A stretch of 64,000 nt of DNA from Pristiophorus japonicus (lineage: Eukaryota), in the NCBI RefSeq assembly GCF_044704955.1, contig NC_091989.1:104966001-105030000 (forward strand), read 5' to 3'. The stretch's first letter is position 1. Each line of letters starts with the position of its first letter. A program made the position numbers and the translations under genes. This document shows, in pieces, positions 37,553 to 50,670 of this stretch. The notes beneath the pieces were generated by a model. That model was not told where the DNA came from. It did not search any database and worked only from the letters and a program-made list of their open reading frames with translations.

Positions 37553-38687
37553 CAACTCAGTATTCAGAAGCGGATTTTACGTTAAGGCGTGTGTGCAGAG
37601 AATGTGTCCACGAAGATCAATAGAATCAATCTATCAAATGTTTGTTTATTGGTAAATTGAAAGTAGATTACATTTGTTGCAATAATTGGATTGGAGTCTG
37701 ATTTAACCATGTTTAGCGCCAAAATGAATTGAACTGACGACACTGCTATTATGACAGACTGCGGATAATCTGATAAACTGGGTCAAGGTTGAAACAAATA
37801 TTTCCCAATCTGTCTCTGGTTAAAAACAACCAGTAACCAATGGCTCTTTCACCAAAGGCAGTGTGCACAGACCAGGAAGGTCGCGGGTTCTATCCCGGGA
37901 CTAAGCTAAAGTCGCTGATTTCTGCAGGTGGGCAGTGGGTTCCCATGATATTGTTCTTGGTGAGGAAGGGTGGAATCAGGCAGGTCAAACTCCTGATCCC
38001 TCTCCAGTGACTACTTCGGAAAGCCTTCATGTCTGGAGTTCAGGATAGTGTTCGGCTGTGAGGACCTCCCCTGAATCTAAAATTCCGCTGACACTTGGGG
38101 ATATAAATTAGTTTGGGACAGTGGCGTAAAACGGGCGATAGCGCATGGGCCACCCGTTTTACATTCTGTCCCATTTGCTTTTTCATTGAAATCGATGGAA
38201 ACGAAAATCAGACCGAATTCAAAAATAATTCGCTCTCGCCAGTTTGGCACTATGGCCCACGGTAAATATATACCACGGTAAATGTATGTCTAAACTCGCC
38301 CTTGAAAGTTGGCCACTTAGGCGAGATATCAGAGCGTGTATTGCGCACATTGAACGGAACCTTACCTGGAGTCAGCACATTTGGGAGAGTACGGGCTGAG
38401 ATTGGAAAGGAAAGTGTGGGGAGGGGGGAGTAATTGATCAAAGTCATCCATTCAATCCACTGCCAGTATTAAATGCTGTGCTTCTTTAGCAGGTCATGCA
38501 AGAAACAACTCACTGGAACATGACAAACTGTGCTGAAGATTTCACTGCCTCCAAGGAAATTGTAAGCCTGGTATTCTGGACAGGGTATCATGAGGGTAGA
38601 TTTTGACTGTGAGATAGCGTGACCTGGGTCATAACGACTTGCCAGCACCTTTTACATCTCTCGATAGTTTTATTTCCATTGAAGTGA

Positions 38688-41305
38688 TCCAGCAAGGAGG
38701 GATTCAAATTCCTGGGGCATTGGGACCAGTTCTGGGGGAGGTGGGACCAGTACAAACCGGACGGTCTGCACCTGGGCAGGACCGGAACCAATGTCCTAGG
38801 GGGAGTGTTTGTTAGTGCTGTTGGGGAGGATTTAAACTAATATGGCAGGGGGATGGGAACCAATGCAAGGAGACAGAGGGAAACAAAAAGGAGGCAAAAG
38901 CAAAAGACAGAAAGGAGATGAGGAAAAGTGGAGGGCAGAGAAACCCAAGGCAAAGAACAAAAAGGGCCACTGTACAGCAAAATTCTAAAAGGACAAAGGG
39001 TGTTAAAAAAATAAGCCTGAAGGCTTTGTGTCTTAATGCAAGGAGTATCCGCAATAAGGTGGATGAATTAATTGTGCAAATAGATGTTAATAAATATGAT
39101 GTGATTGGGATTACGGAGACGTGGCTCCAGGATGATCAGGGCTGGGAACTCAACATTCAGGGGTATTCAACATTCAGGAAGGATAGAATAAAAGGAAAAG
39201 GAGGTGGGGTAGCATTGTTGGTTAAAGAGGAGATTAATGCAATAGTTAGGAAAGACATTAGCTTGGATGATGTGGAATCTATATGGGTAGAGCTGCAGAA
39301 CAGCAAAGAGCAAAAAACGTTAGTAGGAGTTGTGTACAGACCTCCAAACAGTACTAGGGATGTTGGGGAGGGCATCAAACAGGAAATTAGGGGTGCATGC
39401 AATAAAGGTGTAGCAGTTATAATGGGTGACTTTAATATGCACATAGATTGGGCTAGCCAAACTGGAAGCAATACGGTGGAGGAGGATTTCCTGGAGTGCA
39501 TAAGGGATGGTTTTCTAGACCAATATGTTGAGGAACCAACTAGGGGGGAGGCCATCTTAGACTGGGTGTTGTGTAATGAGAGAGGATTAATTAGCAATCT
39601 CATTGTGCGAGGCCCCTTGGGGAAGAGTGACCATAATATGGTGGATTTCTGCATTAGGATGGAGAATGAAACAGTTAATTCAGAGACCATGGTCCAGAAC
39701 TTAAAGAAGGGTAACTTTGAAGGTATGAGGCGTGAATTGGCTAGGATAGATTGGCGAATGATACTTAGGGGGTTGACTGTGGATGGGCAATGGCAGACAT
39801 TTAGAGACCGCATGGATGAATTACAACAATTGTACATTCCTGTCTGGCGTAAAAATAAAAAAGGGAAGGTGGCTCAACCGTGGCTATCTAGGGAAATCAG
39901 GGATAGTATTAAAGCCAAGGAAGTGGCATACAAATTGGCCAGAAATAGCAGCGAACCTGGGGACTGGGAGAAATTTAGAACTCAGCAGAGGAGGACAAAG
40001 GCTTTGATTAGGGCAGGGAAAATGGAGTACGAGAAGAAACTTGCAGGGAACATTAAGGTGGATTGCAAAAGTTTCTATAGGTATGTAAAGAGAAAAAGGT
40101 TAGTAAAGACAAATGTAGGTCCCCTGCAGTCAGAATCAGGGGAAGTCATAACGGGGAACAAAGAAATGGCAGACCAATTGAACAAGTACTTTGGTTCGGT
40201 ATTCACTAAGGAGGATACAAACAACCTTCCGGATATAAAAGGGGTCAGAGGGTCTAGTAAGGAGGGGGAACTGAGGGAAATCTTTATTAGTCGGGAAATT
40301 ATGTTGGGGAAATTGATGGGATTGAAGGCCGATAAATTCCCAGGGCCTGATGGACTGCATCCCAGAATACTTAAGGAGGTGGCCTTGGAAATAGCGGATG
40401 CATTGACAGTCATTTTCCAACATTCCATTGACTCTAGATCAGTTCCTATGGAGTGGAGGGTAGCCAATGTAACCCCACTTTTTAAAAAAGGAGGGAGAGA
40501 GAAAGCAGGGAATTATAGACCGGTCAGTCTGACCTCAGTAGTGGGTAAAATGATGGAATCAATTATTAAGGATGTCATAGCAGTGCATCTGGGTGTCATG
40601 GTACATCAGTCATTGAAGGTTAGCATGCAGGTACAGCAGGCAGTTAAGAAAGTAAATGGCATGTTGGCCTTCATAGCGAGGTGGTTTGAATACAGGGGCA
40701 GGGAGGTGTTGCTACAGTTGTACAGGGCCTTGGTGAGGCCACACCTGGAGTATTGTGTACAGTTTTGGTCTCCTAACTTGAGGAAGGACATTCTTGCTAT
40801 TGAGGGAGTGCAGCGAAGATTCACCAGACTGATTCCCGGGATGGCGGGACTGACCTATCAAGAAAGACTGGATCAACTGGGCTTGTATTCACTGGAGTTC
40901 AGAAGAATGAGAGGGGACCTCATAGAAACGTTTAAAATTCTAACAGGTTTAGACAGGTTAGATGCAGGAAGAATGTTCCCAATGTTGGGGAAGTCCAGAA
41001 CCAGGGATCACAGTCTGAGGATAAGGGGTAAGCCATTTAGGACCGAGATGAGGAGAAACTTCTTCACCCAGAGAGTGGTGAACCTGTGGAATTCTCTACC
41101 ACAGAAAGTAGTTGAGACCAATTCACTAAATATATTCAAAAGGGAGTTAGATGAAGTCCTTACTACTCGGGGGATCAAGGGTTATGGCGAGAAAGCAGGA
41201 AGGGGATACTGAAGTTTCATGTTCAGCCATGAACTCATTGAATGGCGGTGCAGGCTAGAAGGGCTGAATGGCCTGCTCCTGCACCTATTTTCTATGTTTC
41301 TATGT
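38688..41305 (+). mobile_element. CR1 LINE with in-frame deletion of the RT core; 764-aa ORF2 open at 38918-41212
   Basis: Complete endonuclease, then junction IAVH|LGVMVH at about 40589; lacks the YLDF, PQG and FADD motifs; intact tail. Confidence 0.95.
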
Positions 41306-42394
41306 AACACGGGCTGCCGACTCAGTATCACACAAAGTCAAGGTCGAGCCCCATGTTTCCTGTAGCAGCAGGTATCTCGATACAACAGTTTTACTGTGCG
41401 ACCCCACGAGCTCTACTACATGTAATGCATTTCATTTTATCGGTATATGGTCATTTTTAAAACATTGGTAGCCGAGCTTTTGATTAAAATCACATCAATA
41501 AATATTTAATAATGATGACATACAACCAGGGTATTCGTAGTGATTGAATTAATAAAAGCAAAGGATTGTGAGGTAGATCTTTAAAACGGCGACAGCGAGT
41601 TGGCATTCTGATTTATATCTCTCCCCGTTGAAGTCAATGGCAATAAATATCGGGGGAGCTGTAAAACAGGCTGCTCCCTCGTTATCAACCGCCTTACACT
41701 ATCACACAAAGTCAAGATCTAGCCCACTCTCCTCCGAGGAAAATGATCTAAAGTGTTTACTATGAATAAACTTTGTCCTATTTAAAAATATATAACTTCT
41801 AGTGATACATTTGAAGTGTGGGATGATTGCAGCCCAGTTCTGTTTAAATTTGTATCTGCCGTGTACAAAGAGCGCATGGGATAGATTTTCAATGTGCCAC
41901 CCAGGTATAAAACTATCATTGCGAATCAGCCGTCCCTGTAGAAACCGCCTGGACGGTGGGTTGAAAATCTAACCCATCATAATGCCAGCTTTTTATTGGA
42001 ATCTGCTATTTCTGTTTGTAACATGGCGTTTATTCAATAAAATATTTTCAGTGCAATATCTCAAACAATGTGATTATTTCAATTATGTCATTGATACCAC
42101 CGGTAAGATTATGGAGAATGAAACAGTTTCTATTTAAAATTCAGCGGTCTTCAGAGTCCATGGAGGTAATTTTAACTTCAGGCGATGGTGTGAAACGGGT
42201 GATCTTGATTTTCCTTTCCATTGAAATAAATGAAAATGGGGTTTGCTGTGTAAGGGACGGCCAATTCAATTACGCCTATTCAATAACACCACCCAAAGTT
42301 TAATTACCCCTATGTTTCCTTTCATCTGATAATATTCTCTCCCTGGCCTCGTACTAATTAGAGTAATAGAAGTAACAAATTCTCTGGGGATAGA

Positions 42395-45300
42395 AACTAG
42401 GAGCAGTAGTAGGCAATTCAAGTCTGCACCGCCATTCAATGTGATCATGGCTGATCCCCTATTTCAACATCATATTCCTGTTTTCTCCCCATACCCCTTG
42501 ATGCCTTTTGTGTCTAGAAATCTATCTATCTCCTTCTTAAATGTATTCAGAGACTTTGCCACCACAGCCTTCAGTGGTAGAAAATTCCATAGGTTCACCA
42601 CCCTCTGAGTGAAGAAATTTCTCCTAATCTCAGTCTTAAATTTCCAACCCCTGAGACTGTGAACCTTTGTTCTAGACTTCCCAGCCACGGGAAACATTCT
42701 TCCCGCATCCAGTCTTGTCCAACCCCATCAGAATTATATATGTTTCAATGAGAGCTCCTCTCATTCTTCTAAACTCTAATGACTGCAGGCCTAGTCGACC
42801 CAATCTCTGCTCATACGACAGTCTTGCCATCCCAGGAATCAGTCTGGTGAACTTTTGCTGCACTCCCTTTATGGCAAGTATATCCTTTCTTAGGTAAGGA
42901 GACCAAAACTGCACACAATACTCCAGGTGTGGTCTCACCAAGACCCTGTATAACTGTAGTAAGACATTCTTGCTCCTGTACTCAAAACCGCTTGCAATGA
43001 AGGCCAACATACCATTTGCCTTCCTAACTGCTTGCTGCACCTGCATGTTTGCTTTCAATGACTGGTGTACAAGGACACCCAGGTCCCTTTGTACATTGAC
43101 ATTTCCCAAGCTATCACCAGTTAAATAATACTTTGTCCTTACGTTTTTCCTACCAAAGTGGATAACTTCACATTTATCCACATTATACTGCATCTGCCAC
43201 CTGTTTGCCCATTCACTCAACCTCTCTAAATCGCCTTGTAGCATCTTTGCATCCTCCTCACAACTCACAATCCCACCTAATTTCGTGACATCAGCAAACT
43301 TGGAAATATTACATTTGGTTCCCTCATCCAAATCATTTATTGTGAATAGCTGGGGCCCAAGCATTGATCCCTGTGATACCCCATGAGTCACTGCCACCCC
43401 CAAAAAGATTAGTTTATTCCTATCTCTGTTTCCTGTCAGTTAACCAATTTTCAATCCGTGCCAGTATATTAACCCCAATCATATGTGCTTTAATTTTGCA
43501 GACTACCCTCTTATGTGGGACTTTATCAAAGGCCTTCTGAAAATCCAAATACATTACATCCATTGGTTCTCCCTTATCTATCAGTTACATCCTCAAAAAA
43601 CTCCAGTAGGTTTGTCAAACATGATTTTCCTTTCATAAATCCATGTTTACTTTGTCTAATCCTGTTGATATTATCTAAGTGTCCCATTATCACATCCTTT
43701 TATAATAGTCTGGCATTTTCTATACTACTGATGTTTTCTCTGTTTTCGCTCTCCTTCCTTTTTTTTTAAATAGTGGGGTTACATTTGCCACCCTCCAATC
43801 TGCAGAAACTGTTCCTTAATCTACAGAATTTTGGAAGATGACAACCAATGCATCCACTATTTCCATGGCTACATCTTTTATTAATCTGGGACGCAGTTCA
43901 TCAGGCCCTGGGGATTTATTGGCTTTCAGTTCCATTAGTTTCTCCAGCATTATTTTCTTACTAATAATCATTTCCTTTAATTCCTCTTGCTCACTCGACC
44001 CTTGGTTCCCCAGCATTTCTGGGACATTATTTATGTCCTCTTCCGTGAAGACAGAACCGAAGTATTTATTTAATTCTGCCATTGCCTTGTTCCCCATTAT
44101 AAATTCTCCCATTTCTAACTAAAGGACCTACATTTGTCTTCACTAATCCGTTTCTTTTTATGTACTTGTAGAAACTTTTGCAGTCGGTTTTTATGGTCCC
44201 TGCAAGTTTATTCTCATACTCTATTTTTCCTCTCTTAATCAATCTCTTGATCCTTTTTTGATTAATTCTAAGCTGTTCCCCATCCTCAGGCTTGCTACTT
44301 TTTCTGGCAACTTTGTATGACTCCTCTTTGGATCTAATACCATCCTTAATTTCTTTTGTTAGCCATGATTGGGCCACTTTACATTTTATTTTTTTGTGCC
44401 AGAAAGGAATGTATAATTGTTGCAATTCATGCATTCGTTTCTTATATGTTAGCCATTTCTTATCCACCATCATGCCTTTTAATGAATCCTCCCAATCTAC
44501 CATCTCTAATTCATTCCTCATACCTTCATAGTATTCTTTGTTTAGATCTAGGACCCGATTTTCAGATTGGACTACTTCACTTTCCATCTTAAGAATTCAA
44601 TCATGTTATGGTCACCCTTCCCTAAAGGACCCCGCACAACAAGACTGTTAATTAACCCCTTCTTATTGCACAATACCCAATCTAGGATAGCCTGTACCCT
44701 AGTAAGCTCCTCAACATACTGGTCTAAAAAGCCATCTCGTACACACTCCAGGAATTCATCTTCCACAGTATTATTACTAATTTGGTTAGGCCAGTCTATA
44801 TGTAGCTTAAAGTCACCTACGATTACTTGTAGTAACCTTGTTACATGCATCTCTAATTTCCTGTTCGATGTCATCCCCTACATCACCACTACTGTTTGGA
44901 AGCCTATACACAATTCCCACCAATGTTTTATGCCCCTTGGTGCTCTTTATCTCCACCCAGACTGATTCTACATCTTGATTTTCTGAGCCAATATTCTTTA
45001 TCACTATTGCTCGGATTTCATCCTTTACTAACAATGCCACACCATCCCCTTTTCCTTTTTGCCTGTCCTTCCTAAATATCAAATATCCTTGGATATTCAG
45101 TTCCAAATCCTGGGCACCCTGCAATCATGTCTCCGTAATTGCAACTATATCGTATCCGTTTACATCTATTTGCACTGTTAATTCATCTACCTTATTACAG
45201 ATGCTTCCTGCATTCAGATACAGTGCTTTTAGATTTGTCTTTTTAACATTATTAGACATCTTAACATTATTTTATACTATAGCCCTATTTGTCTTATTGC
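42395..45300 (-). mobile_element. Older CR1 LINE, nearly complete ORF2, many frameshifts
   Basis: Endonuclease and RT fragments in ORFs 44813-45124, 44066-44587, 43816-44112 and 42672-43403. Confidence 0.92.
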
Positions 45301-45954
45301 TATTTTTTTTCTTATCTGGACCTTATTTGTTAGTGCACTCTTTTGTTTGTATACTCTGTCCCTTCTTGACATAATCTGGGTATCCTTACCACAATCACTT
45401 TCCTGAATCTGAGTATTGACTCTCCTCTGATGACTTGAACAATTATCCTCCTTTGGACATCTGCTCAGGGGACAGAATGATTGACACCCACCCTCCCTCC
45501 TCCCGTTCCCCCCCCCCCCCCCCGCCCGATCAGTGACTCTGCTCTAAGGACCAGGTCAATGAATCTTCCTTTGGGGACCCGATCAATGATTTCGCTTGGA
45601 TCCTCATCAACGACCCTCCTCTGAGGATTTGTTTAACAACCCTTCTCCAGGAATCCAAACAATGACCCTCCTTTTCCAATGAGTGTTGAACTTATGCTAT
45701 CGATCCTCCTTGTCTGAACAGTTGTACCGGTGCCTGAAGAAGACAAAGGCAATTAAAACCGGGAGTGTAATCTGCACATGGGCACAGAGTTGCTGTACAA
45801 TCCGGGCAGTGCCCAGTGCACCACTCTCTCCAAAGTGAATGCAATGGTTTCTTGTTAACTGTCTGATGACGTTGCCCAAAATACTTTAACAGTTCAATAA
45901 ATCTAAAGCCAATTGATCTTAAAAATGCACTCTCTCAACTAGATAGCTCCACTT

Positions 45955-46525
45955 CAACCACAGCTAGAGTACTACATGCAGTTTTGGTCACCACATTAGA
46001 AGGAAATATGTGATTGCATTAGAAAGAGTATGAAGGAGATTTATGATGATGTTGCTTGAACTGGAGAATTTTACCTATTAGGAAAGATTGCATAAGCTGG
46101 AGTTTTTTTCTTTGGACCAGAAGAGGCTGAGGGGAGACCTTATTGAGGTGTATAAAATTATGAGGGGCCTAGATAGGTTGGATAGGAAGGAATTATTTCC
46201 CTCAGCAGTGAGGTCAACAACCAGGGGGCATAGAATTCAAATAATTGGTAACATATTTAGAGGGAATTTGAGGGGAAATATTTTCACCCAGAGGGTGGTG
46301 GAGGTCTGGAACTCACTGCCTGAAAGGGTGGTGGAGGCAGAAACCCTCACCATATTTAAAAAGTACCTGGATATGCATTTGAAGTGCCGTAACCTAAAAG
46401 GCTACGGGCCAAGAGCTGGAAAGAGGGATTAGGCTGGATCGCTCTTTGTCAGCCGGCACGAACACATTGGGCAGAAATGGCCTCCTTCCATGCTGTAAAT
46501 GACTATGATTCTATGATTTTATGAA
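45955..46525 (+). mobile_element. CR1 LINE 3' fragment
   Basis: RLRGDLIEVYKIMRGLDR...VWNSLPERVV; (CTATGATT)n tail. Confidence 0.85.
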
Positions 46526-47009
46526 ATCCAATACAATTGAAGAAATCCCTGATGAATAAGATTGATGTCCGAATTTTACATTGTAGTTTATGCAATGCGA
46601 GCAATGCCGCCATTGGGTAGCAATGATGTTAAGTTCACTGGGTAGCATTTTAGTGGAGGATTCTCCACATTTCTCACCATAACTTTGGGAAAAGATTGCC
46701 AGAAACCCCGGAAAAACAATCTAAACTGTCATTTCCAGCATTTCTCTGGGGTTTCGCAGATTTACCGATGCTTTTAGTTTCCAATCATCGGACGAGAACA
46801 TTCAAACACAGGCAACTCAGTTCTGTAATCTGCTGCACTGTTGGTCAATTCTAGAGATGTACAGTCAATAATTCAGGCAGGGGTCTACCGATCTCACACT
46901 TAACTTCTGTGGGACATCCATGAAATCTGGAGAAAAAAGGGTAAACTTTTACTTGCGAAAATTGGCGTTAACGGGGTGGTTTGGATCTAAAAATGGTTTC
47001 TGGATTCCT

Positions 47010-49385
47010 ACCTTAGGAACAGGAATGGACCATTCAGTCTCTGGAGCCAGCTCCACCATTCAATTAGATCATGGCTGATCTGCACCTCAACTACATTTAA
47101 CTGCCATAGATCCATATCCCTTGATACCATGACCTGACAAAATATCATCTTAATCTTGAATGCTTTAATTGCCCAAGCATCCATAGCCTTCTGGGGAGAC
47201 AGTTCCATATTTCATCTGAACCTTTGTGTGAAAAAGTGCTTTGTAATTTTGCTCTTAAATGGCCTGGCTCTAATTTTAAATTTATGCCCCCCTTGTTCTA
47301 GGTTCCCCGTCAGAGGAAATACTTTCTCCTTATCTAACCAATCAAATCCTTTTAAATGCTGGAAGGAGCAGATGTTCTCCTCCTGGCTTCACAGAAACAC
47401 TGCAGTCCTTTTCCAGCCTGGTCTTTCACCGCCTCAGTATCGTCACCAATGACCCCACCTCTCACCTACCTGGTCTCTGCCAGTTTACAAATACATAAAT
47501 CACTAAAAGTAGTGATGCGGATTAATAAGGTCAATTAAAAAAGCAAAACCAAGCTTTATTGCTAGAGGGATAGAATCGAAAAGACGTGACGTTATGCTTA
47601 ACTTGTATCGAACCTTGGTTAGATGGCAATTGGAGTATTGTGTACAATTCTGGTCTCCATATTATAAAAGTGGCACTGGAGAAGGTGCAAAAAAGATTTG
47701 CAACTATACCAAAATGGAAAGGATATACTTGTCAAGAAAGGTTGAACTGGCTGGAGCTCCTTTCTCTAGACAAGCGAAGGCTAAGCAGTGACCTAATAGA
47801 TGTCTTCAGATTATGAAAGGGTTTGATAGGGTATACTTAGAGAAAATGTTTCCACTTGTGGAGATTACAAAAGTAGAGATCATAAATATAAGATAGTCAC
47901 TGATAAATCCAATAGAGAATTCAGGAGAATTCTTTACCCAAAGAGTGATAAGAATGTGAGCGCACTCGAATAAGGAGTAGTTGAGATGAATAGCTTAGAT
48001 GCATTAAAGGGGAAGCTTGATAAGCACATGAGGAAGAAAGGAATAAAATGATATGCTGATAGGTGATGAAGATTGGGAGGAGGTTCATGTGGAGCATAAA
48101 TGGCAGCATAGACCAGTTGGGCTGAATGATTTGTTTCAGTGCTGTAGACCTATGTAGTTGTATGTAATCATATGTAATGTAAATTAGAGCATGCTAGAAA
48201 CTCTCTGGGTCAATCAGCATCTGCCAAGAGAACAGAGAAATTAAGGTAAAAGCAAAATACTGCAGATGCTGGAAATCTGAAATAAAAACAGGGCCTATTA
48301 GAGACCATAGAAGAATGAGAGGGGATCTCATAGAAGCAGATACAATTCTCACGGGATTGGACAGGTTAGATGCAGGAAGAATGTTCCGATGTTGGGGAAG
48401 TCCAGAACCAGGGGTCACAGACTAAGGATAAGGGGTAAGCCATATAGGACTGAGATGAGCAGAAACTTTTTCACCCAGAGAATTTGAACCTATGGAATTC
48501 TCTATCACAAAAAGTTGTTGAGTCTAGTTCATTAGATATATTCAAAAGGGACTTAGATGTGCCCCTTACGGCTAAAGGGATCAGGGAGTATGGAGAGAAG
48601 GCAGGAGTGGGGTACTGAAGTTGCATGATCAGCCATGATCATATTGGATGATGGTGCAGGCTCGACGGGCCGAATGGCCTGCTCCTGCACCTATTTTCTA
48701 TCTTTCTATGTTTATATGTAATGTGTGTGCGGAAGCGGAAGACGTGGGTATGGTTCTTAATAAACACTTTGCATCTCTTTTCACAAAAGAGTGGGGTGCT
48801 GCAGACATTGCAATCAGAGAGGATGAGTGTGAAATATTAGATGAAATAAACATAGTGAGAGAGGAAGTATTAAGGGGTTTACCAGCTTTGAAGGTGGATA
48901 AATCCCCAGGCCCAGATTAAATGTATCCCAGGCTGTTAAGATAAGCAAAAGAGGAAAGAGGAGAAGCTCTGACCATCTTTTTCCAATCCTCTCTGGCTAC
49001 AGGTGTGGTGCTGGAGAACAGGGGGACCACTAATGTGGTACCTTTGTTTAAAAAGGGAGAAAGGGATAGACCAAGAAATTACAGGCCAGTAACCTAAACT
49101 CGGTGGTGGGAAAAGTATTGGAAAAAATTCTGAGGGACAGGATAAATCTACATATAGAAAGACACGGATTAATCAAGGACAGTCAGCATAGATTTGTTAA
49201 GGCGAGGTCGTGTCTGACTAACTTGATTAAGGTTTTTGAGGAGGTAACAAGAAGGGTCAATGAGGTTGGTGTGTTTGATGTAGTGTATATGGATTTTAGC
49301 GAGGCTTTTGATAAGTTCCCACATGGCAGACTGTTCATGAAAGTAAAGGTCCATGGGATCTAGGGCAAAATGGCAAGTTGGATCC
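47010..49385. mobile_element. Cluster of CR1 fragments (47010-47350 -, 47490-48170 +, 48308-48716 +, 48720-49385 +)
   Basis: [24 protein letters not shown] and VYMDFSEAFD motifs and CR1 3' UTRs. Confidence 0.82.
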
Positions 49386-49439
49386 TATCTTTTTTTGATT
49401 TGAGGAGAGTCATCCTCGTTATGCGGGACTGCCTATGAG

Positions 49440-49715
49440 TAGTATATGTGTATGTGTGTGTACGTGTATATGCGTGTGTGTGCGTGTGTGTGTCCATATT
49501 TAAGTTTGAGCGTATGCATGTGTGTGCCTGAGTATGTGCATGTATGTGTGTTTGTGTGTATGTGTGTGTGTGTGTGTGTGTTGGAGTGTGTGTTTGAGTA
49601 TGTGTGCATGCATGTATGTATCTGCATGTGTTGCTGTGTGTGTTTTTGTGTGTGTGTGTGTGTATGCGTCTGCCTGTGTGTATGTGTGTCTACATGTGTT
49701 GGTGTGTGTATGTAT
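49440..49715. repeat. Degenerate (TG)n microsatellite
   Basis: TG/TA/CG dinucleotide run. Confidence 0.95.
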
Positions 49716-49719
49716 GGTT

Positions 49720-50316
49720 GTGCTGTAAAAAGTGCAGCACAAATACAGCAGGCTGAGCGGCCCCCAGACTGCGAGCACCATCGGAGCAGGCCGGGGATCG
49801 GAAGGAGCAGTGTGGCGGCGTACCACTCCAGGGAGCAGCATGTGCTGGAGCAGGAGAACAACGGCAGTGAAGAAGGACGTCACCAAGATCCAGGTCGGTG
49901 ATTGGAGCATGGGCAGGTTAAGCAGAAACGGCGAGGTCGGGGTGAAGGAGCAGTGAGAGATTGTAGAGGGATGTGATCAGGGCCCAGGAGAGGCATGAGT
50001 TTGGGACCCAGAAGAGGCGAGGGCCCAGGGGCAGCACGGGCCAGCCCACACTGTGATGTGTGCGCGCACTAGGTCTATGCAGCAGAGCTGGTCTCCAGTT
50101 GTCTTGGTTAATCCTTGACAATGGACCAAGACTTAGCTCTGTCAAGCCCATGTGGTGGCTGGTGTGCAATGGCCACTACACGATAAAAAAAAATCCATGC
50201 ACAGGCATCTTCAAGATTTAGTTCGGGACCTGGAATTTTAGATCCTTTATTGAAACACCTGTGAACTTTTTGAGGTGGAAGCAAGTCATCTTCGATTCGA
50301 GGGACTGCCTATGATG
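49720..50316 (+). mobile_element. Non-autonomous RTE-derived element (RTE 5' UTR fused to RTE 3' end)
   Basis: 50090-50245 matches 62775-62936; 50270-50316 matches the RTE tail GAGGGACTGCCTATGA (reverse complement near 18000). Confidence 0.75.
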
Positions 50317-50319
50317 AGG

Positions 50320-50670
50320 TTATGGGTGTGTGTGTGTACATGTGTATGTTTGTGTGTGTGTGTATGTGTGTATCGGAGTATGTATGTTTGTATACGTGTG
50401 TGTGTGTTTGAGTGTGTGTGATTGTGTGCATTTGTGTATGTATGCATGTGTGCATGCATGTGTTTGTGTCTGCGTGTGTGTGTGTGTGTGTGAATGTGTA
50501 TGAGATTGTCAGTGTTTGTGTATGAATATGTGTATGCATGTGTGTCTGCATGTGTGTGTGCATGTGCACGCGTGTGTGTGCACGTGTGTATGTGTCTATG
50601 TATGGGTCTGTTTGTGTGTGTGATGCTGTATGTTTATGTATGGGTGTGTGTGTGTGCCTGTGTGTGTATA
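50320..50670. repeat. Degenerate (TG)n microsatellite
   Basis: TG-rich dinucleotide run. Confidence 0.95.

Noticed and set aside
39157-39837. Long antisense ORFs over CR1 copies (also 30441-31118 and 55619-56068)
   Set aside because: Shadow frames that recur because the CR1 copies are closely related.
41372-41425. Candidate Tyr-containing last exon VSRYNSFTVRPHELYYM* with downstream AATAAA
   Set aside because: Its phase is incompatible with the TM exon, whose frame stops earlier, and the acceptor is weak.
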